Shown here piece by piece: positions 38,916-53,619 of a stretch of 64,000 nt of DNA; the stretch's first letter is position 1; each line of letters starts with the position of its first letter. Source of the DNA: Mytilus californianus (Eukaryota). The notes under the pieces were generated by a model. That model saw nothing but the letters and a program-made list of their open reading frames with translations, was not told the DNA's origin and searched no databases. Where the stretch lies: NCBI RefSeq assembly GCF_021869535.1, contig NW_026262679.1, positions 52,390,001 through 52,454,000 of the forward strand, written 5' to 3'. The translations under genes and the position numbers were made by a program.

Positions 38916-41900
38916 GCTTGTGTTCATTCTGAATTACAAATGTATCTATCTAAACAGTGCGTACAACTGCATGGAATAAGATTAAAATATCTTTATGTCT
39001 GGTTTATTTATTCATTGATAATGAAAATCTTATATTATTATTTTAGTTTTTCATTCATACATACAGTGATTTGTGTCATGAATTGATTTACACTATCCTT
39101 TTTTTTTCTATTTAAGAAAATCCACAATAATTAAGCCCCAAAGTGATCAGGTTAAAGCTATACTTAGTGGACGAGTTTTTATCTATTATTGTGTCTGTTT
39201 CCATGATCATGCGAAAAAGAATTTATTGGATTTAATATCATTTGCACATATATTTCCAAGAGTTGAATAGGAGAATATATGATTCTGAACATCAATTAGA
39301 TTCATGGATAATTAATGTTTAAGAAAAAAATATGATGGGTTCTTCTTTAATTATTTCTATTGTTTAATTATTTACTTTACCTTATTGTGGTCATTTTGTT
39401 TTTGGTTTTAGTAATTATATCAAAGATAATTGTAAAACAATATATCATTTTGAATTCCCATTCATTGAAAAACTTTAAAATAGATCAGAGAAACTTATCA
39501 ATTTTACCAAATAAGTCGACATTTTGAATAATAATAGCTGATGCATGTACCTTGATAATCCTGTTGGAAGATGAAGTGTGCAGGGTTTTTGTACGATGTT
39601 TTACTTCTTCGACACATGGTCTAGATAGACAAAGGGAAAGGGTTGTGCGCACGTATAACTGGTTACATGTAAACCGAACAAAATTTTAATTAAGTCGATC
39701 TGGACCTTGTTTTGTTCTTTTTTATTAGTCTGTGGACGTCTTTGTTTTTGGAGTCTAGTGTTTGACTGTTGATGTTGTTTGATGTACTGTCAAATATGTT
39801 TGTTGATTTCTGAGTTGTGTTTTAGTGTTATATAAGTTATTACATCGTTATATTTCACATGTAGACCTGTAGTCTTTTTCAATACCGCAATTGGAAAACT
39901 TTAACGAGAAATTTTATCTACCCGATTTTAAGACATTGAATTATTATGGGATACATGTCTGCGATCCCCCATTACTAAATGAAATTTTATCACACATCTT
40001 AAATTAATCAACTGTTAGTTTAAGCATTAATGTTTTATTCATTTATAATTCCAATAAATCATTGTTGTTCGTTTTGTTCTGGTAAAGTACATAGGCTTTC
40101 TTTTCGCCTTTTGATTATTTTAAAATAGCCATTCTATAAATATAGTTTTCTATGGCTATTGTGACTAAATCTAGTATCAGTTGAATACAAACACAATGAT
40201 AAATCGTGAAAAATTACAAATCTATACTATTCAATAAAATGAACAAACACAGACATTCTCCTAGACAGGAAGCATGTTAATGTCGTAAAGGTTCTCGGTA
40301 CAAATACGATTATATTTTATAGGAAGTCCTATCTCTGGTGCACAAGTACTGTATTTGCTTTCTATATTTAAAGAACAAGATACATTGAAATGATTTTCAT
40401 GTATGAAAGAGAGGCGACAGACACCAAAGGCATATTTAAACTCATTACTCGAAAACAAACTGACAATGACATGTCAAAAAACGGAAAACGATAAAAGACA
40501 AACAATAGTATAAATAACACATCATAGAAAACTAAAGACTGAGCCATGGATATGCATGGATATGCATGGATATGCATATGCATATGTATATAAAAATATA
40601 TATAAGACCTGTCCTAAAGAATTTTCCATAGTTGTCTGAAAAATCAATCATATGGAAAGCTCTGCAAGTAAATCCTCAATGAATATTTCCTGACTGAAAC
40701 TAAGTATGCGTAAAAAATATTTTTGGTATACTCCAATGAGACAGCAACCAAACGGTAAAAAAATGCGTCTAATTTAAGATGTCAACTGACGGGGTTTTTT
40801 TAATAGATAAGTGTACTCTAAAATTTCCCGAGTCTAAAAAATGTTGATGATAAATTCAACAGTATATCAAAGATCTACAAAGACCTTCAATTCAATAAAA
40901 GGCAGAAAAAATCAACACATAACAACAAAATTGTTCACAACAAATAGCACATTAACGCAAATACCATTAAATATAAACAGTTGCTAGGGGCCATTGCAGT
41001 AAGGTGTGAATTTTCGCTTAGTGCTGAAAACTTCACTGTGACACTAAGATGAAGAACAACAACAAAAGCATTGCATTTTTCAATTCGGGTTCTTCTGACA
41101 CCTTTATAGTGATTTTAATGATCTGTTATTATTTCACATCAGAAGTTTGGCTACTTTCAATAGTGTTCAAGACATGAACAAACCGTTTAACTACATATAA
41201 AGATGTCAAACAAGCGATCCAGGTACTTAAATAATCGAGTATTGTTCAATGATTCGTTCATAGCAATATATAATGCAAAACTTAAATTAATTCCGTGCGT
41301 ACTAAATGAACATCATATGGTTATATATAACCATACGGATCAATATCTACAGTAGGTATATGTGTCCTTACCTTAGTGCTACAAGAACTATTCATCCTTC
41401 TGGTGCATAAACACAGAATCTTTTGATCTTAATTAGAATTGACTTCACTCAACAAATGGTAATTCATTTCGTTTCAACCTTTTTCCATATACGATTTTTT
41501 TCCCCCAACACATTAGACAGAAGATTTTATGTAGAAAAAACAATGAAAAAACAGTGAAGTGTTCAGAATTTTGCATGGAAATGTCATTATCAGACTGTTG
41601 ATAGTTTTTTTTTCTTAAATGAACATCAACTAGCTGTCAGTAACTGCGAGTACTCTCAGATCTGTACTTAGTTTCTTTTTTGTTGTGGAGATGTATAAAT
41701 ACCCTGCCACGTCCGGTCTGTGTTTTTGTTACTTGTTTTTCTGCTTTTTATCGATCTGATGAGTTAAGCCCCTTTCAACTAGTTTTTATAGTTTGTTCAT
41801 ATGTTGTGCTGGTACACCATATCCCCGTGTTAGAGGAGGGTTGGGCGCCAGCAAACATATTTAACCCTACCACATTCTGTATATGCCTGTCCTAAGTCAG

Positions 41901-44290
41901 AAGCCTATAATTCAGTGGTTGTCCTTTGTTGCTGCATATCATATTTGTTTTCGTTCATTGTTTTGTACATAAATCAGGCCGTTAGTTTTCTCGATTGAAA
42001 TGTTTTACATTTGTTATTTCTTGGCATTTCATAACTGACTATGCGGTATGGGTTCTGCTCATTGTTGAAGTCCGTTTGGTAACCTATAGTTGTAACTTCT
42101 ATGCCATATGGTCACTGGTGAGATCTGTCTCATTGGCAATCGTACCACATATTTTTATATTGAACTCTTGAAATCTCAATGAATTGCAACACAAATTAAA
42201 ACAAAATGTGCATACAGTTTTAGTAGTGTTTTTTTTTTTTTTTTGTCGTAACATTTGTTTTACAAGAAATGTATCAAATTAATAGCAGCACATATCAATA
42301 CAGTTAAATGAAATATTAAACACAAATATGTATTTTAGAAAACTCTATTACTGTGTCAATGAATCGTAAATTTTAAGAGTTCCTGTTGGCAAGATTAGTT
42401 AATACCATAAAAAATTAATATTACTAAAAAAAAGTAACAAAGAGCCTGTATTTAGTAAAAATATAATCAATAAATACAAACTATTTTACCATTTTATTTT
42501 CATTTTGTACTTCTAATATGAATAAAAATATACATGGGGAATACGTCACTAAGACAGCAACCAAAAGACAAAGGTATCCAAAAAACATTTAAATGATCAT
42601 TTTGACAATGTGCATGTATTTATAAATATATGGTTGTAAATATAAATAAGAAGATGTGGTATGAGTGCCAATGAGACGATTTGTAAATCCATTTAACAGC
42701 ATATACTTAAAAATTACCAGAACACATAGATATAGATATAAAAGATGTGGTATGAGTGCCAATGAGACAACTCTCAATTCAAGTCACAATTTGTAAATGT
42801 AAACCAATCTAGGTCAAAGTACGGCCTTCAACACGGAGCCGTGGCTCACACCGAACAGCAAGTTATAAAGGGCCCCAAAACTGACTAGTGTAAAACCATT
42901 CAAACAGGAAAACCAACGGTCTAATCTATATAAAAAACGAGAAACGAGAAACACTTATGAACCACATCAACAAACGACAACCAATGAACAACAGGTTCGT
43001 GCATGCAAATGGTATATAAACTCTTTTTTATTTGAATGGTATATCTCGTGATTTACCAGTGTGTGTTCAATCGATTTATTTAATTTGTTGAAGAATTTAA
43101 GGGGAACAATAGAACAAAATTTGAAGTGGCAGACGAGGAAAATTTAAACAACCAACAAAAAAAACCAAAATAACAGAGTAGTTATGTAATAATTTTCAAA
43201 CCAATATAACAACTCGACTTCATAAATTTTGAAGCTTAAAATGTTGAATCATTTCTTTACCAAGCTGTACAAATTTGACAAGTTAGACAGTGGCACTACA
43301 GCCTCAAAAGTGGGGACATTTTCTTCATCCTTTTTAAGAGTGTTAATGAATTTCTTTTAGAGAATTACGGATCGACAAACCGATATAAGCTGAAATGGCT
43401 AAAGTCTATGTTTTGGTATTGGAAACCCCGGCCTAATGGAAACGACAGTGCACCCAAGAGAGTAAGATAAGTGAATACCACGTATCAATTAGCATCGTGT
43501 TTTCTTGTCATGAGCAGTACGACTGTTACAAGTCTCGGAATCATAAAGAAACTGCTTGATTTGCTTATTATTAAAGTATATTCTACATAGTTTTATATTT
43601 ACACCTATGTAAAGGAACTATTTTGTTTTAAATATGTACTACTTTCCAGTATGTTCTTATTTGGACCGGGCCCGATTTGGCGGTGCAACATATTACAAAG
43701 TCTATCCAAATTATTTTGGCAAAGAATTCCGCTCAAGCCGGTGCTAGGGGCCGTCTTAAACTTGCAGTGGGATGAAAGTTTTTTTGCTCCGTGTTAAAGA
43801 CCTCTCTGAGACTTTGAGATGAAGAACAGCAATAAAAGTGCTGTTCCTTTGCTTTTGTGTGGTTTTTGCTGTGCATGTACTGATTTTGTGTCATGGATGC
43901 ACACCCCATATCATATTTTTTTTCTATTATGAGACTAACGCCGGTTTTTAATGGAGTTCATAATATTCAAAATTTTTAAACATTTTTGGACCATTATTCA
44001 TCGTTTCGCTTTGTTGTTGCCATATGAATTTCCATCTTAATTTTGTAAAATAGTCATTGCATGGGTCACCAGATTCGAATGTTGTTTAATTTTTACTCAT
44101 AGCGTAGTTATTTGGTGTACAATAGCCCAGAATGTCGAATCAAGCATATGTTATGTTCGTTGTATAGCGTTTTATATGGAATAAAAGGAACTGTTTGTTG
44201 TGACAAGATTTATTTTCTAGAGATAAATCTTTGAAGTAGTTATTAAGAACAGATTTCATGTATCGTAATGATAATTAAAAAAACGGCTTT

Positions 44291-44990
44291 AGCCGTGCCT
44301 TATAAACACATATTATATTAGTGTAAGCCGTGCCTTATCAACACATATTCTATTAGTGTAAGCCGTGCCTTATAAACACATATTCTATTGGTGTAAGCCG
44401 TGCCTTATAAACACATATTCTATTAGTGTTAGCCGTGCCTTATAAACACATATTCTATTAGTGTAAGCCGTGCCTTATAAACACATATTCTATTAGTGTA
44501 AGCCGTGCCTTATAAACACATATTCTATTAGTGTAAGCCGTGCCTTATAAACACATATTCTATTGGTGTAAGCCGTGCCTTATAAACACATATTCTATAA
44601 GTGTAAGCCGTGCCTTATAAACACATATTCTATTAGTGTAAGCCGTGCCTTATAAACACATATTCTATAAGTGTAAGCCGTGTCTTATAAACACATATTC
44701 TATTAGTGTAAGCCGTGCCTTATAAACACATATTTTATTAGTGTAAGCCGTGCCTTATAAACACATATTCTATTAGTGTAAGCCGTGCCTTATAAACACA
44801 TATTCTATTAGTGTAAGCCGTGCCTTATAAACACATATTCTATTAGTGTAAGCCGTGCCTTATAAACACATATTCTATTAGTGTAAGCCGTGCCTTATAA
44901 ACACATATTCTATTAGTGTAAGCCGTGCCTTATAAACACATATTCTATTAGTGTAAGCCGTGCCTTATAAACACATATTCTATTAGTGTA
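44291..44990. repeat. 35-bp minisatellite, 20 copies
   Basis: Unit AGCCGTGCCTTATAAACACATATTCTATTAGTGTA repeated head-to-tail with no spacers; 700 bp / 35 = 20. Confidence 0.97.
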
Positions 44991-46427
44991 AGCATTATTG
45001 TTTGATTCGTTTATTATTCCAATAAATCGTTGTTGTTCGTTTTGTTCTGATAAATTACATAGGCTTTCATATTTCATTTTGATTATTTTGAAATAGTCAT
45101 GCTATATATTTACTTTTCAATGCTTATTGTGACTTAATATAGTATCAGTTGAATAAAAACAAAATGATAATTCATGAAAATTTACAAATCAATATTATTC
45201 AATAAAATTAACAAACACAGACATTCTCCTAGACAGGAAGCATGTTAATGTCGTAAAAGTTCTCGGTGCAAATACGATTATATTTTCCAGGAAGTCCTAT
45301 CTCTGGTGCACAAGTACTGTATGTGCTTTCTATATTTAAAGAACAAGATACATGGAAATGATTTTCATGTATAAAAGAAAGAGAGGCGAGAGATACCAAA
45401 GGGATATTAAAACTCATAAGGCGAAAACAACTGACAATGGCATGGATACAACCGAAAACGATCAAAGGCAAAACACGAACCGCACCAAAAAACCGGGGTT
45501 GAAATAAGTGCTCCGAAAGGGTAATCAGATCCAGATCCATATGTAAAAATGTTATTACTTATATACAATTAGGACCTCTAAAGTATTTTCCATAGTTGTC
45601 TGATATTACACTAAATGGAAAGCTCTGCAAATACAACCTCCATGAATATTTTCTGACTGAAACTAAGTATGCATTAAAAATATTTTGGGTATACTTCAAT
45701 GCGACAGCAACTCAACAGTAAAAAATGCATCTAATCTAAGAGGTCAACTGACAATTTTCATTTTGAATAGGTAAGTGTTTATCCATTGATATACTCTAAA
45801 ATTGCCTGAGTCTTAAACAGGTTGATAATAAATTCAATAGTATATCAAAGATCTACAAAGACCTTCAATTCAATAAAAGGCAGAAACATTAACATATAAT
45901 AACAAAATTGTTGCATGTTAGTATTTCAGGATTGACAATAAATAGCACATTAACACAAATATCATTCAATATAAGCAGCTGCTAGGGGCCATTGCAGTAA
46001 GGTGTGGGTTTTCGCTTAGTGTTGTAAACTTTACTGTTTCTTTAAATAAGTTGAAGAACAATAACAACAGCGTTGTTTCCGGGGTTTTTTTCCGGGTTAT
46101 CCTGACCCCTTTAAAAAGATTTAAATAATTATTTTACATCCTATATTTGGCTACTGTCAATAGAGTTAAAGACATAAATACACCGTTAAACTACATATAA
46201 AAATACTAAGCATGCGATTCATGGTCTTAAAACATGGAGCTTTGTATAATGATTCTTTCATAGCGATATATTATGCAAAACTGATATTAATGCGGACCAC
46301 TCTAAATAGGCATCATATGGTTTTATAGAATCATACTGATCAATAACTACAGTAGGTGTACGTGTCCTTAGTGCTACAGGAACTATTCATCCTTCTGGTG
46401 CACAAACACAGAATCTTTTGAACTTAA

Positions 46428-47013
46428 GGTAGATGGGGGGTCTAAATTAAAATCCATAGATTTGTTTTATTAATTTGTCAAAAAGTAGTTTATGTCATGT
46501 TTTTTTCAAAAATATAATAAAAAGTATTGATCTCCGGGCTTTTTTTCGAGCTACAGGTTGTGCAAAAATTCATATTTTGTATAGATTATGCATGGAAAAC
46601 CCGATTTTTTTGTGATTAAAAGAAAACTAAACCATAGAATTTTAAGATGAAATATGAGAAGATAGCTCTGATAATATGCTTTCAGATAAGAAAAGAAAAA
46701 GCGGGGTCACCAAACTCGTTTTCTTGCTACATCATAGAATATGTAAATTCATAACACATTCTATTATAAAAGTTACTTTATCTGAGTCATCTCCCCTTAT
46801 GTGGCACAGCTGAAAAAAATTGAATAAAAAAAATCTATTTTTTGTAAAATACAGCTGTAAAATATGATAAAACACATAATTTTCTATATCAACACATAAA
46901 GTCTTACACATAAATTGCATACTACTCTCGAAATTTGCACATTTCATTAAAGATCTAGACCGAATGTTTTCTGCTTTTCAAAATCCAAGATGGAGGAAGA
47001 CACCAGAGCCACC
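46428..47013. mobile_element. 586-bp non-autonomous DNA transposon with TTAA target-site duplication (Kolobok-like)
   Basis: Filled site gaacTTAA|GGTAGATGGGGGGTCT...AGACACCAGAGCCACC|TTAAttagaa. The paralogous empty site at 51395-51407 reads gaacTTAAttagaa. Imperfect TIRs with GG...CC termini. Confidence 0.9.
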
Positions 47014-49099
47014 TTAATTAGAATTATATTCACTCAACAAATGGTGTTTCATTTCGTTTCCTAATCAAGTGGAATTCCACGTTTTTCCACGAAATAGGGT
47101 GTTTTCCAAACATATTAGACAGAAGATCTAATGTATTAAAAAAACAATGACAAACAGTGAAATGTTATAAAATAGTGCATGGAAAATTCATTACCGGACA
47201 GTTTATATTTATTTTTTTGTCTTTAATGAACATTGATTTTTTGAAATCTTAATGAATTGCAAAACATATTAAAATAAAATGTACATACTTTCTTAATAAT
47301 GTCTTAATTTTTATTGTAACAATTTACAAAAAAAATATCAAATTAACATCAGCACATATCAGTACAGTTTTTAAATTTGAAATATTAAACACAAATATGT
47401 AAATCGAGCATTGATATCACGCATTCGTTAGAAAAGTCCATACGTTTGTCAATGAATCGTACATTTTAAGAGACCCTGTTGGCATCATTAATTAATACAA
47501 TAAGAAATTGATATTACTAAAAAGGTAACAAATAGCATGTAAATAATAAATCAATAAAAACAAATTTTTTTTTACCAGAAAAAGAAGATAGCTTATTACA
47601 TTGAGTAATTTGAATTAGACAGCATCCAAACCACAAAATTATCAAAACGATATATAAAGGCAACAGTAGTATACCGGTGTTCAAAAGTCATAATTCGATT
47701 GAGAGGAAACAAATCCGGGTTACAAACTAAAACCGAGGGAAACACATCAACTATAAGAGAAAAACAAAGGAACAACAGGAACACTGAAGTGCAACAAAAA
47801 CAAACGCCAACATACATAGAAACGAACTATTTAATAACAACTGCCATATTTCCTGACTTGGTACAAGACATTTTAAGAAAAATGGTGGGTTGAACCTGGT
47901 TTAATGGCTAGCCAAATCTCCCGCATTATGACAATGTTAAAAAATATCGCTGATATGACAACACTACGTGACAGAAATATAGCACAAACACATAATATAA
48001 TAGTCGGCACAACATGCAAACCGCAGAACAACAACGAACATATTCCATCAACGACAGATACCACAGGAAAACAAATTTAAAAGATTTTGATAATGTGCAT
48101 GAATTCATGATGTAATGATGTAAATCCATACAAAAGAATTCACTTAAAAACTACCAGAATACATACAAATGTAATATATGACTTTAAACTCCTTTTTTTA
48201 AATCAATTGGTATAGCTCGTGATTAACCAAAGTGTTTGTACCATAGATCTACATCTTTTACTCTAGAAGTCTGGTGGAAGGATAAGGCAAAATGAAGTTA
48301 TAAAGAGTAATATTAAACAAATAAAAAAAGAACAATGCAGATATAGTTTTCATACCATTATAACAACTCGATTTTAAAGATTTTGAAGCTCAATATTTTC
48401 ATTAAAAGAATTTTAAGAATTTGACAAGTTATACATTGGCAACAAAGTCTGAAAAGCTGGGACATTTTCCTATTTTCATTAAAGAGTGTTCAGGGATTTT
48501 CCCCTTCCATCAAATGGGGCTTCGCTTGTGATTGGACATTTTAACTGTTTGGTACAATATGTTTTTTAATTTGACGTTTTAAACACCCATAAAAATCTGA
48601 ATTGCCTAAATTTATAACCTTAGAACATTATAATCCTCCTTTTAGATTTTGTTTAAATGTTCCTTTGCTTTTTGTGTGTTTTTTGCTGTGCATGTACTGA
48701 TTTTGTGTCATGGATGCACACCCCATATCATATGTTTTTTTCTATTATGAGACTAACGCCGGTTTTTAATGGAGTTCATGATATTAAAAAATTTTTGGAC
48801 CATTATTCATCGTTTCGCTTTGTTGTTACCATATGAATTTCCATCTTAATTTTGTAAAATAGTCATTGCATGGGTCACCAGATTCGAATGTTGTTTAATT
48901 ATTACTCATAGCGTAGTTATTTGGTGTACAATAGCCCAGAATGTAGAAACAAGCATATGTTATGTTCGTTGTATACCGTTTTGAATGGAATAAAAGGAAA
49001 TGTTTCTTGTGACAAGATATATTTTCTAGAGATAAATCTTTGAAGTAGTTATTAAGAACAGATTTCATGTATCGTAATGATAATTCAAAAACGGCTTTT

Positions 49100-49939
49100 C
49101 GCCGTGCCTTATAAACACATATTCTATAAGTGTAAGCCGTGCCTTATAAACACATATTCTATTAGTGTAAGCCGTGCCTTATAAACACATATTCTATAAG
49201 TGTAAGCCGTGCCTTATAAACACATATTCTATAAGTGTAAGCCGTGCCTTATAAACACATATTCTATTAGTGTAAGCCGTGCCTTATAAACACATATTCT
49301 ATAAGTGTAAGCCGTGTCTTATAAACACATATTCTATTAGTGTAAGCCGTGCCTTATAAACACATATTCTATTAGTGTAAGCCGTGCCTTATAAACACAT
49401 ATTCTATAAGTGTAAGCCGTGTCTTATAAACACATATTCTATTAGTGTAAGCCGTGCCTTATAAACACATATTCTATTAGTGTAAGCCGTGCCTTATAAA
49501 CACATATTCTATTAGTGTAAGCCGTGCCTTATCAACACATATTCTATTAGTGTAAGCCGTGCCTTATAAACACATATTCTATTAGTGTAAGCCGTGCCTT
49601 ATAAACACATATTCTATAAGTGTAAGCCGTGTCTTATAAACACATATTCTATTAGTGTAAGCCGTGCCTTATAAACACATATTCTATTAGTGTAAGCCGT
49701 GTCTTATAAACACATATTCTATTAGTGTAAGCCGTGCCTTATAAACACATATTCTATTAGTGTAAGCCGTGTCTTATAAACACATATTCTATTAGTGTAA
49801 GCCGTGCCTTATAAACACATATTCTATTAGTGTAAGCCGTGCCTTATAAACACATATTCTATTAGTGTAAGCCGTGTCTTATAAACACATATTCTATTAG
49901 TGTAAGCCGTGCCTTATAAACACATATTCTATTAGTGTA
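49100..49939. repeat. 35-bp minisatellite, 24 copies (paralog of 44291-44990)
   Basis: Same unit; 840 bp / 35 = 24. Variant units carry TATAAG or GTGTC. Confidence 0.97.
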
Positions 49940-52900
49940 AGCATTATTGTTTGATTCGTTTATTATTCCAATAAATCGTTGTTGTTCGTTTTGTTCTGGT
50001 AAATTACATAGGCTTTCATATTTCATTTTGATTATTTTGAAATAGTCATGCTATATATTTACTTTTCAATGCTTATTGTGACTTAATATAGTATCAGTTG
50101 AATAAAAACAAAATGATAATTCATAAGAATTTACAAATCCATATTATTCAATAAATCTAACAAACACAGACATTCTCCTAGACAGGAAGCATGTTAATGT
50201 CGTAAAAGTTCTCGGTGCAAATACGATTATATTTTCCAGGAAGTCCTATCGCTGGTGTCCAAGTACTAAATGTACTTTCTATATTTAAAAAAAACAAGAT
50301 ACATTGAAATGATATTCATGTATGAAAGAGAGGCGAGCGATACCAAAGGGATATTAAAACTCATTAGGCGAAAACAACTGACAATGGCATGGATACAACC
50401 AAAAAACACATCATAGAAAATTAAAGACTTAGCAACACGAACCCCACCAGACAACCGGGGTTAATATTAGGTGCTCCGGAAGGGTAATCAGATCCAGATC
50501 CATATGTAAAAATGTTATTACTTATATACAATTAGGACCTTTAAAGTATTTTTCATAGTTGTCTGATATTGAACTATATGGAAAGCTCTGCAAATACAAC
50601 CTCCATGAATATTTTCTGACTGAAACTAAGTATGCATTAAAAATATTTTGGGTATACTACAATACGACAGCAACTCAACAGTAATACTTCTAATCTAAGA
50701 GGTCAACTGACAGTTTTCATTTTGAATTGGTAAGTGTCTATCCATTGATATACTATTATTTTCCGAGTCTAAAACAGGTTGATAATAAATTCAACACTAT
50801 ATCGAAGATCTACAAAGACCTTCAATTCAATAAAAGGCTTAAAAAATTAACATATAACAACAAAATTGTTGCATGTTAGTATTTCAGGATTGACAATAAA
50901 TAGCACATTAACACAAATATCATTAAATATAAACAGCTGCTAGGGGCCATTGCAGTAAGGTGTGGGTTTTCGCTTAGTGTTGTAAACTTTACTGTTACTT
51001 TATTTAAGTTGAAGAACAATAACAACAGCGTTGTTTCTGGTTTTTTTTTTAAATCGGGTTATCCTGACACCTTTTAAAAAAAATTTAAAGGAGCTGTTAT
51101 AGTTATTTTACATCATATATTTAGCTACTGTCAATAGAATTAAAGACATAAATACACCGTTAAACTACATATAATAATACTAAGCATACGATTCATGGTC
51201 TTAGAACATGGAGCTTTGTATAATGATTCTTTCATAGCGATATATTATGCAAAACTGATATTAATGCAGACCACTCTAAATAGGCAATATTTGGTTTTAT
51301 ATTATCATACTGATCAATAACTACAATAGGTGTATGTGTCCTTAGTGCTACAGGAACTATTCATCATTCTGATGAACAAACACAGAATCTTTTGAACTTA
51401 ATTAGAATTTTATTCACTCAACAAATGGTGTTTCATTTCGTTTCTTAATCAAGTGGAACTCCACGTTTTTCTACGAAATAGGGTGTTTTCCAACACATTA
51501 GACAGAAGATTTAATGTAGAAAAAAAACAATCATGACAAACAATGAAATGTTATAAAATAGTGCATGGAAAATTCATTACCGGACAGTTGATATTTATTT
51601 GTTTGTCTTTAATGAACATTGATTTTTTGAAATCTTAATGAATTGCAAAACATATGAAAACAAAATGTACATACTTTCTTAATAATGTTTTTTTCTTATC
51701 GTAACAATCGTTTACAAAAAAAAATATCAAATTAACATCAGCACATTTAAAATGAAATATTAAACACAAATATGTAAATCGAGCGTTGATATCACGCATT
51801 CGTTAGAAAAGTCCATACGTTTGTCAATGAATCGTACATTTTAAGAGACCCTGTTGGCATCATTGATTAATACAATAAGATTAATATTACTAAAAAGGTA
51901 ACAAATAGCATGTAAAAAATAATGAATAAAAACAAACAATTTTTACCTGAAAAGAAGATAAGATAGCTTATTACATTGAGAAATGTGAATGAGACAGCAT
52001 TCAAACCACATAATTATCAAAACGATATATTAAGGCAACAGTAGTATACCCGTGTTCAAAAGTCATAATTCGATTGAGAGGAAACAAATTCGGGTTACAA
52101 ACTAAAACCGAGGGAAACACATCAACTATAAGAGGAAAACAAAAGAACAACAGGAACGCTGAATGGCAACAGAATCAAACGCCAACATACATAGAAACGA
52201 ACTATTTAATAACAACTGCCATATTCCTGACTTGGTACAGGACATTTTAAGAAGGAATGGTGGGTTGAACCTGGTTTAATGGCTAGCCAAACCTCCCGCG
52301 TTATGACAATGTTAAAAAATATCGCTAAAATGACAACACTACGTGACAGAAATATAGCACAAACACATAATAAAATAGTCGACACAACCTGCAAACCGCA
52401 GAACAACAACGAACATATTCCATCAACGACAGACACCACAGGAAAAAAATATTTAAATGATTTTGATAATGTGCATGAATTCATGAATATATGGATGTAA
52501 ATCCATTCAAAAGACTTCACTTAAAAACTACCAGAATACATACATATGTAATATATGACTTTAAACTCCTTTTTTTAAATCAATTGGTAAAGCTCGTGAT
52601 TAACCAAAGTGTTTGTACCATAGATCTAAATCTTTTACTCTAGAAGTCTGGTGTAAGGATAAGGCAAAATGAAGTGATAAAGAGTAATGTTAAACAAATA
52701 AAAAAGAACAATGCAGATATAGTTTTCATACCATTATAACAACTCGATTTTAAAGATTTTGAAGCTCAATCTTTTCATTAAAAGAATTTTAAGAATTTGA
52801 CAAGTTATACATTGGCAATAAAGTCTGAAAAGTTGGGACATTTTCTTAGTTTCATTAAAGAGTGTTAAGGGATTTGTCCCCTTCCATCAAATGGGTCTTC

Positions 52901-53208
52901 GCTTGTGATTGGACATTTTTACTGTTTGGTCCAATATGTTTTTTAATTAGACGTTTTAAACAACCATAAAAATCTGAATTGCCTATATTTATAACCTTGA
53001 ACATTATAATCCTCCTATAGATTTTGTTTTAACGTTATAATAAAAATAGATAAAACGGAAACAAAATTACATGATCTCTTTGCTAATAACTAATCAAATA
53101 TACCAGGCTAATAATTGTGCAGGACAGACGCGCAGTCAGTCTACAAAAGACTCATTAGTGACGCTCGAATTAAAAAAGGTTAAAAAACCAAATAAAGTAT
53201 GAAGTTAA

Positions 53209-53619
53209 AGATGTTCGTTCCTCTTGTTTTTGGATTTTTGCAAGATTTTTCGGAATCCTCTGGTTTTATCCATGTAATGCCATTAAAAATTTTGCCCCCT
53301 AATCCCTACTTTTCTTTTCATAATTTTATTACATATATATATTTAGTTTAAAAAGCCATATTTAAAAATCTTATAAAATCCTTGTTATTTTTTCATAGTT
53401 TTTGAAAGGAAAAAGGTGACAATGTTATATGTATGAAAAATCTAGAAAAAATCATTTCCCACCAAATTTTCAATGGCTTATATCTCGAAAACAAGCACAC
53501 GGACCCTTCATTTTTTTTCATTTTTTTTCAGCATTTTTAGTTTCTTTATTTATATACTATCAATTTATATCAGTCTTTTAAAAAGCGTGTTATTTTGAAA
53601 AAGAGTAGCGAACATCCTT
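53209..53619. mobile_element. ~410-bp MITE with TTAA flanks, nested in an older repeat
   Basis: Left TTAA|AGATGTTCGTTCCTC; right GAGTAGCGAACATCCTT|TTAA. Removing it restores a host repeat homologous to the reverse complement of 9180-9310. Confidence 0.7.

Noticed and set aside
41755-41790. CTGATGAG at 41759 as a hammerhead
   Set aside because: No GAAA follows the possible stem II.
44291-49939. 35-bp repeats as a CRISPR array
   Set aside because: Units are head-to-tail with no unique spacers, there are no cas genes, and the context is a eukaryotic intron.
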